Below are positions 26,975 through 38,588 of a stretch of DNA of 64,000 nt, one piece after another. The notes beneath the pieces were generated by a model that saw nothing but the letters and a program-made list of their open reading frames with translations, did not search any database and was not told where the DNA came from. The position numbers and the translations under genes were made by a program. Numbering within the stretch: position 1 is the first letter of the stretch; each line of letters starts with the position of its first letter. The DNA lies in contig CM069156.1 in NCBI GenBank assembly GCA_035221665.1, positions 22,320,001 through 22,384,000 of the forward strand. Direction: 5' to 3'. The stretch comes from Okamejei kenojei (lineage: Eukaryota).

Positions 26975-27185
26975 AAGATACAAAATGCTGGAGTAATCAG
27001 AGGGTCAGGCAGTATTTCTGGAGAACATGGACAGATGACATTTAGGTTCGGGACTCGACGGATTGAAGAAGGGTCCTGACCCAAATTGTCTCTTATCTTT
27101 GTTCTCGAAACATGCTGACTGACCTGCTGAGTAATGCTAGCACTTTGTTTTTTTTTTGTAAAGCAACTGCAGCTCCTTGTTTCTG
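26975..27185. mobile_element. Old fold-back (head-to-head) Penelope-like pLTR insertion
   Basis: ACAAAATGCTGGAGTAATCAG...GGCAG on the left is the reverse complement of CTGACCTGCTGAGTAATGCTAGCACTTTGT on the right; centre TTGAAGAAGGGTCCTGACCC. Confidence 0.7.
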
Positions 27186-27597
27186 GTGATTTTGACATTT
27201 CATCTTTTCCTCCATCATTCTACAACATTGTTTGCACGTTCTTAACATGATCAAGAAAAAGCAATTTTATTTACTGACTTGTGTTTATCTCAAAATTCAA
27301 AAGTGAACAGTACAAAATTCCCTGATAATGCAAGTCGAAGCAAGTATCTTCCAATACTCTATTTTGAAATACTGATGCCGTTTTCTTGCACTGATATTAT
27401 GACAAAATGGTCTCAATGTTTGAGAATTGGAAAAGCCACCCTAACGTGTCTACAATGCATAAACAAGCTTTATTTTTTATGGAGAAGGAGAAACTTTAAG
27501 ATGGAATGATTCAATATTTTACAAAATAAATGGGAATGTAGAGGAGTCTCCGGTCAGTTATACTTTTACTGCAACATAGTTTCTCTTTAATTGGCAG

Positions 27598-27754
27598 CGG
27601 GTGTGATACAAACAGTCCCAGGCGACCAGGGCCCAATGGTGAAGGTGATGAGGAGGCACATGATGCCCAGACACCGTTGCACATGGCAGCAAGCTGGGGC
27701 CTTGAGGAAGTGGTGCAGTGCCTGCTGGAGTTCGGTGCCAACGTGAATACTCAG
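27598..27754 (+). CDS. ANKFY1: ANKFY1 coding exon
   Basis: ggcag| GCDTNSPRRPGPNGEGDEEAHDAQTPLHMAASWGLEEVVQCLLEFGANVNTQ |gtcagt; 157 bp. Confidence 0.94.
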
Positions 27755-28092
27755 GTCAGTAGCGGAGTGCACGATTCAATCTAAGAACACCCTCATGTTA
27801 TAATTTCATTGAACTTTGGATTTAAATAGTACTTTGCCATCCCCTTCCTTGCATTCTTATAGTGTTCACTGGTTTTAGTAGTGGAAGAATCATCTGAAGT
27901 GGACTATGAAAATGGACAGAGCCATGGTCAGAGAGAAAAATGGGCAAGTGGTGGGAAGAGAGAAAAAGGAGGGAAAAAACTGAAGCTCAAAAGAACTCCA
28001 ATTTTATCTGTTCACACAGTAAACTAAACTTGATGCAACATTTATCCATTAATTTCACCCTGGGTTATATTGCTACAGAATGTCAGATGGGA

Positions 28093-28560
28093 ATAGAAAA
28101 ATAGAAAATAGGTGCAGGAGTATGATAATCCTGCTCGTCCAAAATCAGTACCCCGTTCCTGCTTTCTCCGCATATCCCTTGATTCCATTAGCTCTGAGAG
28201 CTATATCGAACTCTCTCTTGAATACATCCAGTGAAATGGCCTCCACTGCCTACTGTAGTAGAGAATTCCGCAGATTCACAACTTTCTGGGTGAAAAAGAT
28301 TTTCCTCATCTCATTCTGAAATGGTCTACCCCTTATTCTAAACTGCGACCCCTGGTTCTGGACTCTCCCAACAACAGGAGCATTTTTCCTGCATCTAGCC
28401 TGTCCAATCCCTTAAGAATTTTATGTTTCTATAAGATATCCTCTCATCCTTCTAAATACCAGTTAATAAAAACAGTCGATCCATTATTTCATCATATGTC
28501 AGTCCCGCCATCCCGGGAATTAACCTGGTGAACCTACGCTGCACTCCCTCAGTGGCAAGA
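28093..28560 (-). mobile_element. CR1-clade LINE 3' fragment
   Basis: ATAGAAAATAGGTGCAGGAGT tail and homology to 11800-12300. Confidence 0.85.
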
Positions 28561-29168
28561 ATAATAACCTAGAGTGAAGAAAGTTCATAATTTCTGGTTT
28601 GTATGTCAGTAAACCCTGAGTTTTGAATGCTGGTCTGACTGGGCTGTCTGTACTGCTTCTTGGAAAAAGGGTTGTTTTTTGGTCCTTTGTGCAGTAGCCT
28701 CTGCTGGACAGAAAGAAGCTTTTCACTATTCTTCAGCACATGTGACAATAATAAAACTAAACCGAATGCCTCTGTATAATCGAATTAAGACCGAGCTGAA
28801 CGCTGATCTGAAATGTTAACTTTTGTTTCCTCTCCCAACATGCTCCTTGGCTTGCTGAACATTATGCAGATTTATTGTTTTGTTTGGAGCTCTGAACGAT
28901 TTGGTAATGGTAGTTTGGAGAAGTGCGACAATTTAAATAGAAACCTTTTTGTTGCCTTTTTGTTTTCTTGTTAAGACATGGCATTTATTTGCAGTATGTA
29001 GTCATTACAGACCAAGCTGGTATTTAATGCCTATCCCTAATTGCACCCATGACTTCAGACATTTTTAGTTGACCCTGTTGTTGTGTTTGGAGCTGCCCCC
29101 TGGGGTCAGAACGTCCAAGGATGGTAGATTATTTGCTAAGGCACAACGAACAAAGTCATGATTTCACA

Positions 29169-30182
29169 TGATCTCACTTGGTTCTCCTCAAAATTCTATC
29201 CCCTACTTCCAAATCCTCCGTCTACGCCGTATCTGCACCCAGGATGAGGTGTTCCTTACCAGGGCATCGGAGATGTCCTCATTCTTTAGGGAACAGGGGT
29301 TCTCTTCCATGATAGATGAGGCTCTCACTGGGGTCTCCTTGATATCCCGCAGCTCTTCTCTTACTCCCCCACCCCCCATTCGTAACAAGGACAGAGTCCC
29401 CCTTGTCCTCACCTTCCACCCCATCAGCCGTCGTATACAACATTTTCGCCACCTCCAAAGGGATCCCACTACTGGCCACATCTTCCCATCTCCACCCCTT
29501 TCTGCTTTCTGCGGAGTCCGTTCCCTCTAACTCCCTGGTCAACTCGTCCCTTCCCGCCCAATACCTTTTCCCAGGTACGTTCCCCTGCAACCGCAGGAGA
29601 TGCAACACCTGTCCCTTTACCTCCCCCCTCGACTGCATCCAAGGACTTAAACACTCTTTCCAGGTGAGGCAGGGGTTCACTTGCACCTCCTCCAACCTCA
29701 TCTACTGTATCCGCTGTTCCAGGTGTCAACTTCTCTACATCGACGAGAACAAGCGCAGGCTCGGCGATCGTTTCGCTGAACTCCTCCGCTCAGTCCATCT
29801 TAACCTATCTGATCTCCCGGTGGCCCAGCACTTCAACTCCCACTTCCATTCCTAATCTGACCTTTCTGTCCTGGGCCTCCTCTATTGTCAGAGTGAGGCC
29901 CAGCGCAAATTGGAGGAACAGCACCTCATATTTCCCTTGGGTAGTTTACACCCCTGCGGTATGAACGTTGACTTCTCTAATTTCAGATAGCCCTTGCTTT
30001 CTCGCTCCTTTCCCTTCCCAGTTCTCCCACTAGTCCTACTGTCTCCGCCTACATTCTATCATTGTCCCACCCACTCCCCTGACATCAGTCTGATGAAGGG
30101 TCTCGACCTGAAACGCCACCATTCCTTCTCTCCAGAGATGCTGCCTCACCCGCTGAGTTACTCCAGCATTTTGTGTCTACTG
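29169..30182 (+). mobile_element. Penelope-like retroelement (GIY-YIG endonuclease region plus pLTR), 5'-truncated
   Basis: RVPLVLTFHP, CNRRRCNTC Cys linker, CTSSNLIYCIRCSRCQLLYI(D)E.KRRLGDRF..H GIY-YIG-like motif, VAQHFN; candidate TSD TGATTTCACA at 29159-29168 and 30183-30192. Confidence 0.88.
30090..30117 (+). ncRNA. Minimal type I hammerhead-ribozyme-like motif in the PLE pLTR (cleavage triplet mutated)
   Basis: CTGATGA-A-GGGT-CTCG-ACCT-GAAA-CGCC. Confidence 0.55.
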
Positions 30183-30663
30183 TGATTTCACAGTCACTGA
30201 TCACAGCCAACTTTTCCTTCTACCTGTTTTTAATTACTTGCATTTGAATGGAGTAGATGGTGTGATGCAGTAACTTGTCCTCTGGATCAAAAGACAAGGA
30301 TGCTGGATAGTAGTCGAGTAATTTAATCACAATGGTACAACTCCTCGGCCACGTTAAAAAGTTGGAATGAACGATCATTTGGACATTGTATTAACTGGTC
30401 GGCATTTGGGCCAAATAATTCCCCAGTTGAAAGTCAGTGTTGGAGTCTTAACACACTTGGACTTAATATATGCAAATCATTATAATCATGCCTTTAATTC
30501 ATTATTTACGTGAACTTATTAAAGGAATTTCTTGTAGTTGCTGTAGACACCTTGTGTCCCGGTAGTTGTTTGTGAAATTAGCAGGGTACTGTTGTAAATT
30601 AACTTTCTCTTGTTCTCATGTTGTTGGCGAGTCGAATTGAAATGTTTCTCTTATCTTTACAAG

Positions 30664-30864
30664 GATGCAGAGGGAAGAACTCCAATCCACGTTGCCATTA
30701 GCAATCAGCACAGCATTATAATTCAGCTTCTGATCTCGCATCCTGATATCCGGTTAAACGTGCGGGATCGCCAGGGTCTAACGCCCTTTGCCTGTGCAAT
30801 GACGTACAAGAACAACAAGGCTGCGGAGTCGATCCTCAAACGAGAGTCAGGAGCAGCTGAGCAG
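30664..30864 (+). CDS. ANKFY1: ANKFY1 coding exon, probable GC donor
   Basis: tacaag| DAEGRTPIHVAISNQH...KRESGAAEQ |gcaaga; 201 bp. Confidence 0.9.
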
Positions 30865-30908
30865 GCAAGAGTGCAAAATCAACATTACACAACATTACAT
30901 AGCCTTTA

Positions 30909-31101
30909 GGTAGACAAAAGTGCTGGGGAAACTCAGCGGGTGCAGCAGCATCTATGGAGCGAAGAAAATAGGCAAGGTTTCGGGCCGAAACCCTTCTTCA
31001 GGCTCGAAACGTTGCCCATTTCCTTCGCTCCACAGCACCTGCTGAGTTTCTCCAGCACTTTTGTCTACCTTCGATTTTCCAGCATCTGCAGTTCCTTCTT
31101 T
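30909..31101. mobile_element. Young fold-back Penelope-like pLTR insertion with TSD
   Basis: Inverted arms (GGTAGACAAAAGTGCTGG / CCAGCACTTTTGTCTACC); direct repeat AACATTACATAGCCTTTA at 30891-30908 and 31102-31119. Confidence 0.85.
30974..31001 (-). ncRNA. Minimal type I hammerhead-ribozyme-like motif with intact core boxes
   Basis: Minus strand reads CTGAAGA-A-GGGT-TTCG-GCCC-GAAA-CCTT; stem II is capped by UUCG. Confidence 0.6.
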
Positions 31102-31294
31102 AACATTACATAGCCTTTATACATGCTATGTATTTTTCAGAAAGAAATGGGTTTGGAATTGTTCAGCGTGGTTCATGCTCGGGTGTAAAATCTGAACTCT
31201 AACAGTTAGATCCAAAATCGGTGAAGTACTATCCAACTACTATCTGATGAACCTGCTTACTGCTCAGGCTAACTATTGTAATTATCAAGTACAC

Positions 31295-31455
31295 ACCAAC
31301 GCTTCTACTTCCTTAAGGGCTTAGGATGTTCGGCATGTCCCCTACAACTCTCACCAACTTCTACAGATGCGGTGTAGAAAGCATTTTATTAGAATGCATC
31401 ACAGGTTGCTTTGTGAACAGCTCCATCTAAGACTGTAAGAAATTGCAGCAAGTTG
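31295..31455 (+). mobile_element. Rex1/Babar-like LINE fragment
   Basis: QRFYFL...FGMSPTTLTNFYRCGVESIL motif. Confidence 0.65.
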
Positions 31456-33924
31456 CTGTTTCCTCATCCAGTTATCATTAAATCATCTCTGCCATGTAAA
31501 ATTGACCTTGTCCCAGTTAAAAACATTTCCTCCAGTCTATCTGTCCTTTATCACACCAACTCTACTCTAATTAAATTACTATCATTGCTCCTGTTTTTTT
31601 AATCCTTTACCACTTGCCCAGGTTCATTCCTTAATGTTATCTAGTACTGCCATATCTCATAGTCTTACCGTGTGGATACAGGCCCATTTGGCCCAAACGG
31701 TCCATCTACACTAGTCCCACCTGCCTACTTTGGGATTGTTATATATTTAAGCAAAGGTTGGTGTTGAATAACATTTCAAGAAGCCTGATCCTTCTGTATT
31801 TTTAATCGAGCCCTCCCCGTCCAATTAGGGTAACCAAAATCCCCATCTACCACTTGTACAATTCTATCACTTTCGCAGACTATTGGGGAGCCTGTGGCAA
31901 ACACCAGAAATGTAATTGACTCTTTCTGTTCCTCAGTTCAATTCCTGTGGGCTCATTTATTAATCATCCTTCCGTACAATTGTAATTACTTCCTTAACCT
32001 ACATTGGGATACTACCTCGGACTCCTTCCCACACCACACCCTCTCTGTTATCTATGAGCCCAGTAACCTTGGAATGTCAGCTGCTATTCTTGCTTGCGTT
32101 TTAGCTGTCTTACAGTAATGAACACTGTTTTGTTCTCAGATGTTTATCTATGCCCTCAGTTCCTTGAACTCAGAACTGAGGGCACAGATAAACATCTGAC
32201 AGCAAATCAGAACAAGCTTTATTACCACGATGCCTTGCATTAAAATGCAAACAATTAAACCCTGCTAAAATAAATGTTTCTCCTCCGAGCCTTTGTTTTC
32301 TCAAATCCATGGCTCTGATTTGCAGTCTTTATTACATACATTTTTTGTCTTCTGAAACTGATGCCAATTCCTTTCTTCCTGCCAACCTATTATAAACCTG
32401 GTCGGAGATGCAGCCTGTCTCGTTTTTTCAGATCCCACCATCACACAACATTGGAACATTTGCTAATATCCTTGGAAACCCCCCCCTTCCTGCACTATTT
32501 TCATGATTCTGTATCGGGATACATGGTACAAGTTGTAATCTGGACATGACAACTGTTTTTTGAGGTTGTGTTTTTTAATCTCCCTAACTCAAACATACCA
32601 TGCCATCCTGAAATAATATCTGTGGCCATAGAAACTCCCCCACATCCCTTAAATCCTGTTTGGTCAGTTCCACTCCCTTTCTGTACAGTTGAGTTAACCA
32701 CAGTTCCATGGAATAGACTTTTTACTCCCAAGGACACACTATCTCCAGGTTCGGAGGTAATGCCCATTAGTGTGATGCTAGTCTTGAGGTGATTTCACTA
32801 TGTTGAATGTGTCCTCTGCCATTTTTCCTTTGATGTATTTTACTTCTCTCCCAGATATGCTTATTTCTGAATGATGGATTAAAGTCATTATTTTCATTTG
32901 ACCTCTCGTAAACCAAGCAACACATATCCTTGGTTTACTAAATTCCCATCTTTCATATTCTATGGAAGCTGCACACTGCTCTAAAATTAAATACATGTAA
33001 TTTAGAACCAACATAAATTGGTGATGCCAAAATCTAACTCTGCTAATAGTAATTAACCAAGCACAATAGTCTATGCTCACATTCCAATGTGGATTTGGGA
33101 GGGGTAGGTTTGGAGGTATGGGCGGAGGGGTAGGGCTGGGGTGCATGTGATGAGACGTCACACCAAAGCACACTGGAGCTTCTCATGCCCCCCCTCTGGT
33201 GGATATTAGAAATACCATGGAACTTTTTAAAAAGAACTACAGCATTATCCTTCAAAACAATAATGGTATTTACAACGTTTTTAAATGGCTATAAAACACT
33301 TTAAAATGTCTACAGTTGTGGTTTAATTTGATTTCTGGTTCTGCTATCAGTGAAGCATCGATTTTGTCCAGGTAAATACTTGACTTAACAAATATAATAA
33401 AATTATTTGGGAGTCGAGTCCTTTTTACACACTTGTTGCTTAAGTGTATACACACAAGTACTTTGGCAAAAATTTAGTGAAAGCAATATTGTAATTTTAA
33501 AACATTTTGGTCATCCAAGGACTCAGAGTATTGCATTGATGGGCAATCTACCCAGTATCACAGAAAATATATGGCAACAACAGGAGGCTATGAAGACTGT
33601 GCCACCCCAGGTTTATCCTGCCTTCCATTGTTAACCTACAGGTTATAATTGCACAAGTGTATATCCAAGCGCTACACTGTGGTGAAAATTCCTGCATCTC
33701 CTATCATTTCAGGCAGCAAATTCTGGATCACCATTGGGGACAAGCAACTCAAGCAATGGTGTAACTTGTACTCCTAGGTTTAATCTGATTAGATATTTTG
33801 TGTTTAAAACAATCTGACGATATCTTGTTAGAATATAGAACACCACAGCACTTGAACAGACCCTTCGGTCCACAATGTCTGGGCTGATCATGATGTTAAG
33901 ACCATCACTTATCTATCTGCGCAT

Positions 33925-34195
33925 AATCCATGAGACCAAGCGCAGGCTCGCCGATCATTTCTCTGAACACCTCCGCTCAGTCCGCCTTAACCTGTCTGAT
34001 CTCCCGGTTGCTAAACACTTTAACTCCCCCTCCCATGCCGTTCGAATGAAAAAACCCAAATCTGTCGAACCTCTCCCTGTAGCTAATTCCCACTAGACCA
34101 GGCATCATCGTGGCAAACCACCTATGCACTCCTTCCGAAGCCTCCACATGCTTCTTGTAATGGGGCAACCAGAACTGTGCGCAATACTCCAAACA
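33925..34195. mobile_element. Composite of a PLE GIY-YIG fragment (+) and a CR1 fragment (-)
   Basis: ETKRRLADHFSEHLRSV...VAKHFN on +; EYCAQFWLPHYKK on -. Confidence 0.7.
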
Positions 34196-34309
34196 AATGT
34201 TCTAGTTTAGTTTCTGTTGTAAACCTAATGGCAGTCTTGCTGCTAAACATGTGAGGTGTTCCCTGGGTTATATGCTATGGTAAGCCTTTTCCCTGTTGTA
34301 TTTCAACAG

Positions 34310-34486
34310 ATTGATAACAAGGGGAGGAACTTTCTTCATATTGCTGTGCAGAACTCTGACATCGAGAGTGTTCTATTCCTGATTAGTGTGCAGGCCAATG
34401 TGAACTCGCGAGTCCAGGATTCATCCAAGCTTACACCATTACACCTGGCAGTGCAAGCAGGATCTGAGATAATAGTCCGGAATCTG
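34310..34486 (+). CDS. ANKFY1: ANKFY1 coding exon
   Basis: aacag| IDNKGRNFLHIAVQNSDIESVLFLISVQANVNSRVQD...GSEIIVRNL |gtaaga; 177 bp. Confidence 0.94.
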
Positions 34487-35719
34487 GTAAGAACAAGGCG
34501 ATTAATGTAAAGGCAATGGGATTCACAGTTATCCTTGTCCTCCTTATGGCATTGTTCTTGGCTTACTGTACCATTAACCCTTGAAGCATGGACATAACAG
34601 TTTCTTAACAAAGATGTGCTTTTACAAAAAATATATCTTGGTAAGGAAGTCAAATACCCGTGGAAAAACTGTTTGTCTTCTATTGGATCTTGGACCATGC
34701 TGCAATTTCTTTTTAACGTTGAGCGATTGGAAACTTGTTTAGCTGGAGCTACTGTCCTTGTACTTAAATCACAGAAGGAAAATGTGCAGGTTCAATAACA
34801 ATTTGGAAGGCAAAAGATATTTTGACCGTTACTGTATGAAGATTACTGAATGCCAGAATTGTGGAAACGTATGCTACCCGCTGCTGCTGTGTGGGGACGT
34901 TGTTGCTTATGTCCTGATGATCAAAATGTATTTATCTGCTTCTGCAAAATTAAAGTTAACTACTTATGTGCTGAGTATGGGACCTTGCTGAATGTAAATT
35001 AGTTGCTGTGTTTGCTATACTACAGCAGCTATTGCACTTCATCAGTGATTAAGTATTCTGGAGCACCCAGAGTTCTTGAAAAGTGAAACGGAAATGTGTA
35101 AGCTTAGAAACGGAAATGAATAAGCTAATATGATTAGCTTATTCATGGTCCTAATGTGTTATATTTTAACTCATTTGAATTTAAATGTTAATATACTCGT
35201 TGTTGCACGTGAATAGAAACTTCAAAATTAAACAGATCCCAGATTAAAATCCTGTACAGCTGATCTATGCTGGAGGTTTTTTTTAGCAGCTAGAAATGGG
35301 ATTTTACTTTTTTTAACTGGCGGTGTAATTTTCAAATATGCTGTATAATGAGTCTAGGAAATCTGTTCTATGGTAATCCGGTTTCCTTGCTTTGTTTTCC
35401 CTCTTCCATATCCCCCCCCCCCCCCCCATCACCCCCTCTCGATCTGTATCCTGTCATTCCCTAAGCTTTAATATCACTTATTTCAATTTGCAGTTTGTGG
35501 CCCCAACCCGTAGGACACCTTCCCACGGCCTCCATTCTCATTGGTGTGTTCTCATTGCAAAGCCTTTTATTATTCAGTCAGACATGTCAGTTTACTGTTG
35601 GTACTGAGGAGTCTATATTCATTACTTGCCTGTTTCTGCTGCAGCCAAGCTAAGTGCAGTCAGGACTGGATTGTCACTTGCAGTCTCTTATTCCCAATGT
35701 CCTCTTTCCTGTGTCCCAG

Positions 35720-35867
35720 CTGCTTGCAGGGGCCAAAGTGAACGAGCTGACAAAACACCGTCAGACAGCCCTCCATCTTGCGGCTCAGCAGGACCTGCCA
35801 ACTATCTGCTCTGTGCTGCTGGAGAACGGTGTGGAGTTTGCTGCTGTCGATGAGAATGGAAACAACG
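35720..35867 (+). CDS. ANKFY1: ANKFY1 coding exon
   Basis: cccag| LLAGAKVNELTKHRQTALHLAAQQDLPTICSVLLENGVEFAAVDENGNN G|gtaagg; 148 bp. Confidence 0.94.
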
Positions 35868-37123
35868 GTAAGGGACCTGGCAATGAACGATTTGAAAGAC
35901 AGTATTGAGCTTACATTTATAAACACATTTTAACCTGCATCCTCGTCTCGAACGCAGGAAATAATAAAAATGCGAAGCCTTCACATGGTCATAATTTCAC
36001 CAGGAATTTCACAGAAATTAAATCACTTAATTGCAACTGTGTCATCAGAGGCTTGGTCAGAGTCATCCTAAAGGAAGACGATGGGATTTGGAGTATTCCA
36101 TAGCATGGGGCCTCAGCAGCTGATGGCAAAAGCCATTGACAGAATGATGTACAGAATGCCAGAGCAGGGGGGAGGGAATATTCTGTGTATAATGGCTCTT
36201 GATGTAACATGTATTCTGCATAAATACTGTTCAAAATTTGGTCACATTTCTAAATTATTTGAGATTTATCCATAACCCGTGTCAAAGTCTTGAAGATTAA
36301 CTTGAAAACAAGTGGTCGATCATTCTGAAAACGGTGGTTAAGTTACAGATCAGAAGCCAGAGCTCTGGGCCATTGATCTGGAAATGCCGACATGAATGCT
36401 GGCAGATTCAAGTGGTTAAATAAATCTGAATATGTTTTTTTTTTAAAAAGCAAACAACATAATTATGAAACTCTAATCATGAAAGCAGTGGACTACAGCT
36501 GACAACGCATCAGGTTGTTTTTCAGTGGGGAGAATCCAGCCCATCTGTGAGTCCACATCCACCAGTGTTGTTCACTCCCCAGGTGGAAAATAATCTGCAG
36601 CCTTGCCAGCAATCCTCATCCAGTGGATAAATAAAAGGATTGTGAAAAGGATCTTTCATCCTTGTTCAACGACTTTCAGCAGTTTTGTCCTTGAAAGAAA
36701 TAATAGATGAATGGTCAGTGTTGTGAATGAAACTTCAGAAAGAAGTTGCAAAGTGAAGCTTCCCCCATTACGGATCAATGGCGGTTTAATCATTAATGCA
36801 ATAAATGCCATTGCCCTCTATTGTTTCTTTCAATAAATTATTACTGATCACTTCAATGATCTTGGGAGTAGAGGCACTTTGGGTAACAGTGTGTGCATTA
36901 CAGTCCAGCTTCTTGACAGTGAGAGGGCTCAGTAATTCACCACTCTTTTGACGAGGGAAAGTTAAAAGTTCAAGTGGACAATTTTTGAACATCATCCTGA
37001 TGATGCACTTCGCTGAAGGGAATTAGTATTAGCTGGAACCTCAATGGAACTATTGTTTTATTTTCTTGGTGTGCTTGCTTTCTGTTAGCACCACTGATCA
37101 CCTTTTAAAACTTTTTTTTACAG

Positions 37124-37214
37124 CCCTTCACCTGGCGGTTATGCATGGACGCCTCAACGTAGTGCGTGTTCTCCTAACTGAGTGTAGTGTCGATGCTGAA
37201 GTTTTCAATTTGAG
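37124..37214 (+). CDS. ANKFY1: ANKFY1 coding exon
   Basis: tacag| LHLAVMHGRLNVVRVLLTECSVDAEVFNL AG|gtatga; 91 bp. Confidence 0.93.
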
Positions 37215-37399
37215 GTATGATCATTTGGGGGAAATTTAGCACATCAGTCTCTGCCTTATAAATTGACACAATACCATCAAATGCAATACATTTTCAGACA
37301 TCCCTGACGCTCTTGTTGGATTCTGAATGACGATGTCAATTGAAAAAGGAAACGTTTTAATGCTACTGCTGTTTTATATCAAAATGGTAATTCAAGTGG

Positions 37400-38320
37400 T
37401 AATTGAATTGAATACGTTTTTATTGGCCATACAAAGAATTTACCTTGTTGCTCCGCCCGCAAGTGACAACGTGACATAGTGACAGTTAGGAATGATACAT
37501 AAAACATTAAACATTAATAATAAAACATTATTGATTAAACATATTAATTAAATAAAATACCAGAGCAAAAGGAGGCTACATTTTTGGTTATTGAGTAGAG
37601 CAACTACTCGTGGAAATAAGCTGTTTTTATGTCTGGCTGTGGCAGCTTTGACAGTCCGGAGTCGCCTTCCAGAGGGAAGTGATTCAAAGAGTTTGTGGCC
37701 AGGGTGAGAGAGGTCAGAGATAATCTTACCTGCTCGCTTCCTGGCACTTGCAGTGTACAGTTCATCAATAGAGGGACGTTTGCAGCCAATAACCTTCTCA
37801 GCTGATCGGACGATTCGCTGCAGCCTCCGGATGTCGTGCTTGGTGGCTGAGCCAAACCAGACCATGATGGAGAAGGCGATGACAGACTCTACGATGGCCG
37901 TATAGAATTGGACTATCATGGCCTGTGGCAGATTGTGCTTCCTCAGCTGCCGCAGGAAGTACATCCTCTGTTGTGCCTTTTTGACAGTGGAGTCGATGAT
38001 AGCCCCCCCCCCCCCCAACTTAGGTTCTTGAAGATGATGGTTCCCAGGAACTTAAAATACTCCACAGATGTGACTGTGGTGTTGTTGATGGTGAGTAGGA
38101 TGATGGGAGGGGGAGCTCTCCTAAAGTCTACTATCAATTCCACTGTCTTAAGAGCATTGAGCTCTAGGTTGTTGCAATGGCACCAGGACGGCAGCTGTGT
38201 CACTTCCTGTCTGTAGGCAGATTCCTCCCCATCCTGGATCAGTCCAATGAGGGTTGTGTCGCCCACAAACTTGAGAATCTTGACATAGGAGTCAGTGGAG
38301 GTGCAGACATAAAGAGTGTA
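37400..38320 (-). mobile_element. Rex1/Babar-clade LINE, 5'-truncated
   Basis: DTTLIGLIQDGEESAYRQEV, LNALKTVELIVDFRR, KKAQQRMYFLRQLRK, SHPGHKLFESLPSGRRLR; short (TTCAA)n tail near 37400. Confidence 0.9.
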
Positions 38321-38463
38321 AAGTGAAATTATACCAAATCATTAACCTGCTTCTATTGTCAACAATATTTCAGCTTCAAATCTCCTGGCTCATGTACTCA
38401 TCAGTTAATTTCAGTTAATTGTTGATATTTGCATTCTGACTTATTTTTCCCCTCGCTCTGCAG

Positions 38464-38588
38464 GGGGCAGTCACCTACGCACGTCCTGGGACATTATGGG
38501 AAAGAAAATGCAGCAACCATCTTTGAGCTCTTCTTAGAATGCATGCCTGACTACCCACTCGATAAGCCAGATGCTGAAGGGAACACGG
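38464..38588 (+). CDS. ANKFY1: ANKFY1 coding exon
   Basis: tgcag| GQSPTHVLGHYGKENAATIFELFLECMPDYPLDKPDAEGNT G|gtaggt; 125 bp. Confidence 0.93.

Noticed and set aside
31560-33010. Possible old LINE endonuclease remnant on the minus strand
   Set aside because: Composition is suggestive, but motifs are too decayed to assign a family or boundaries by eye.
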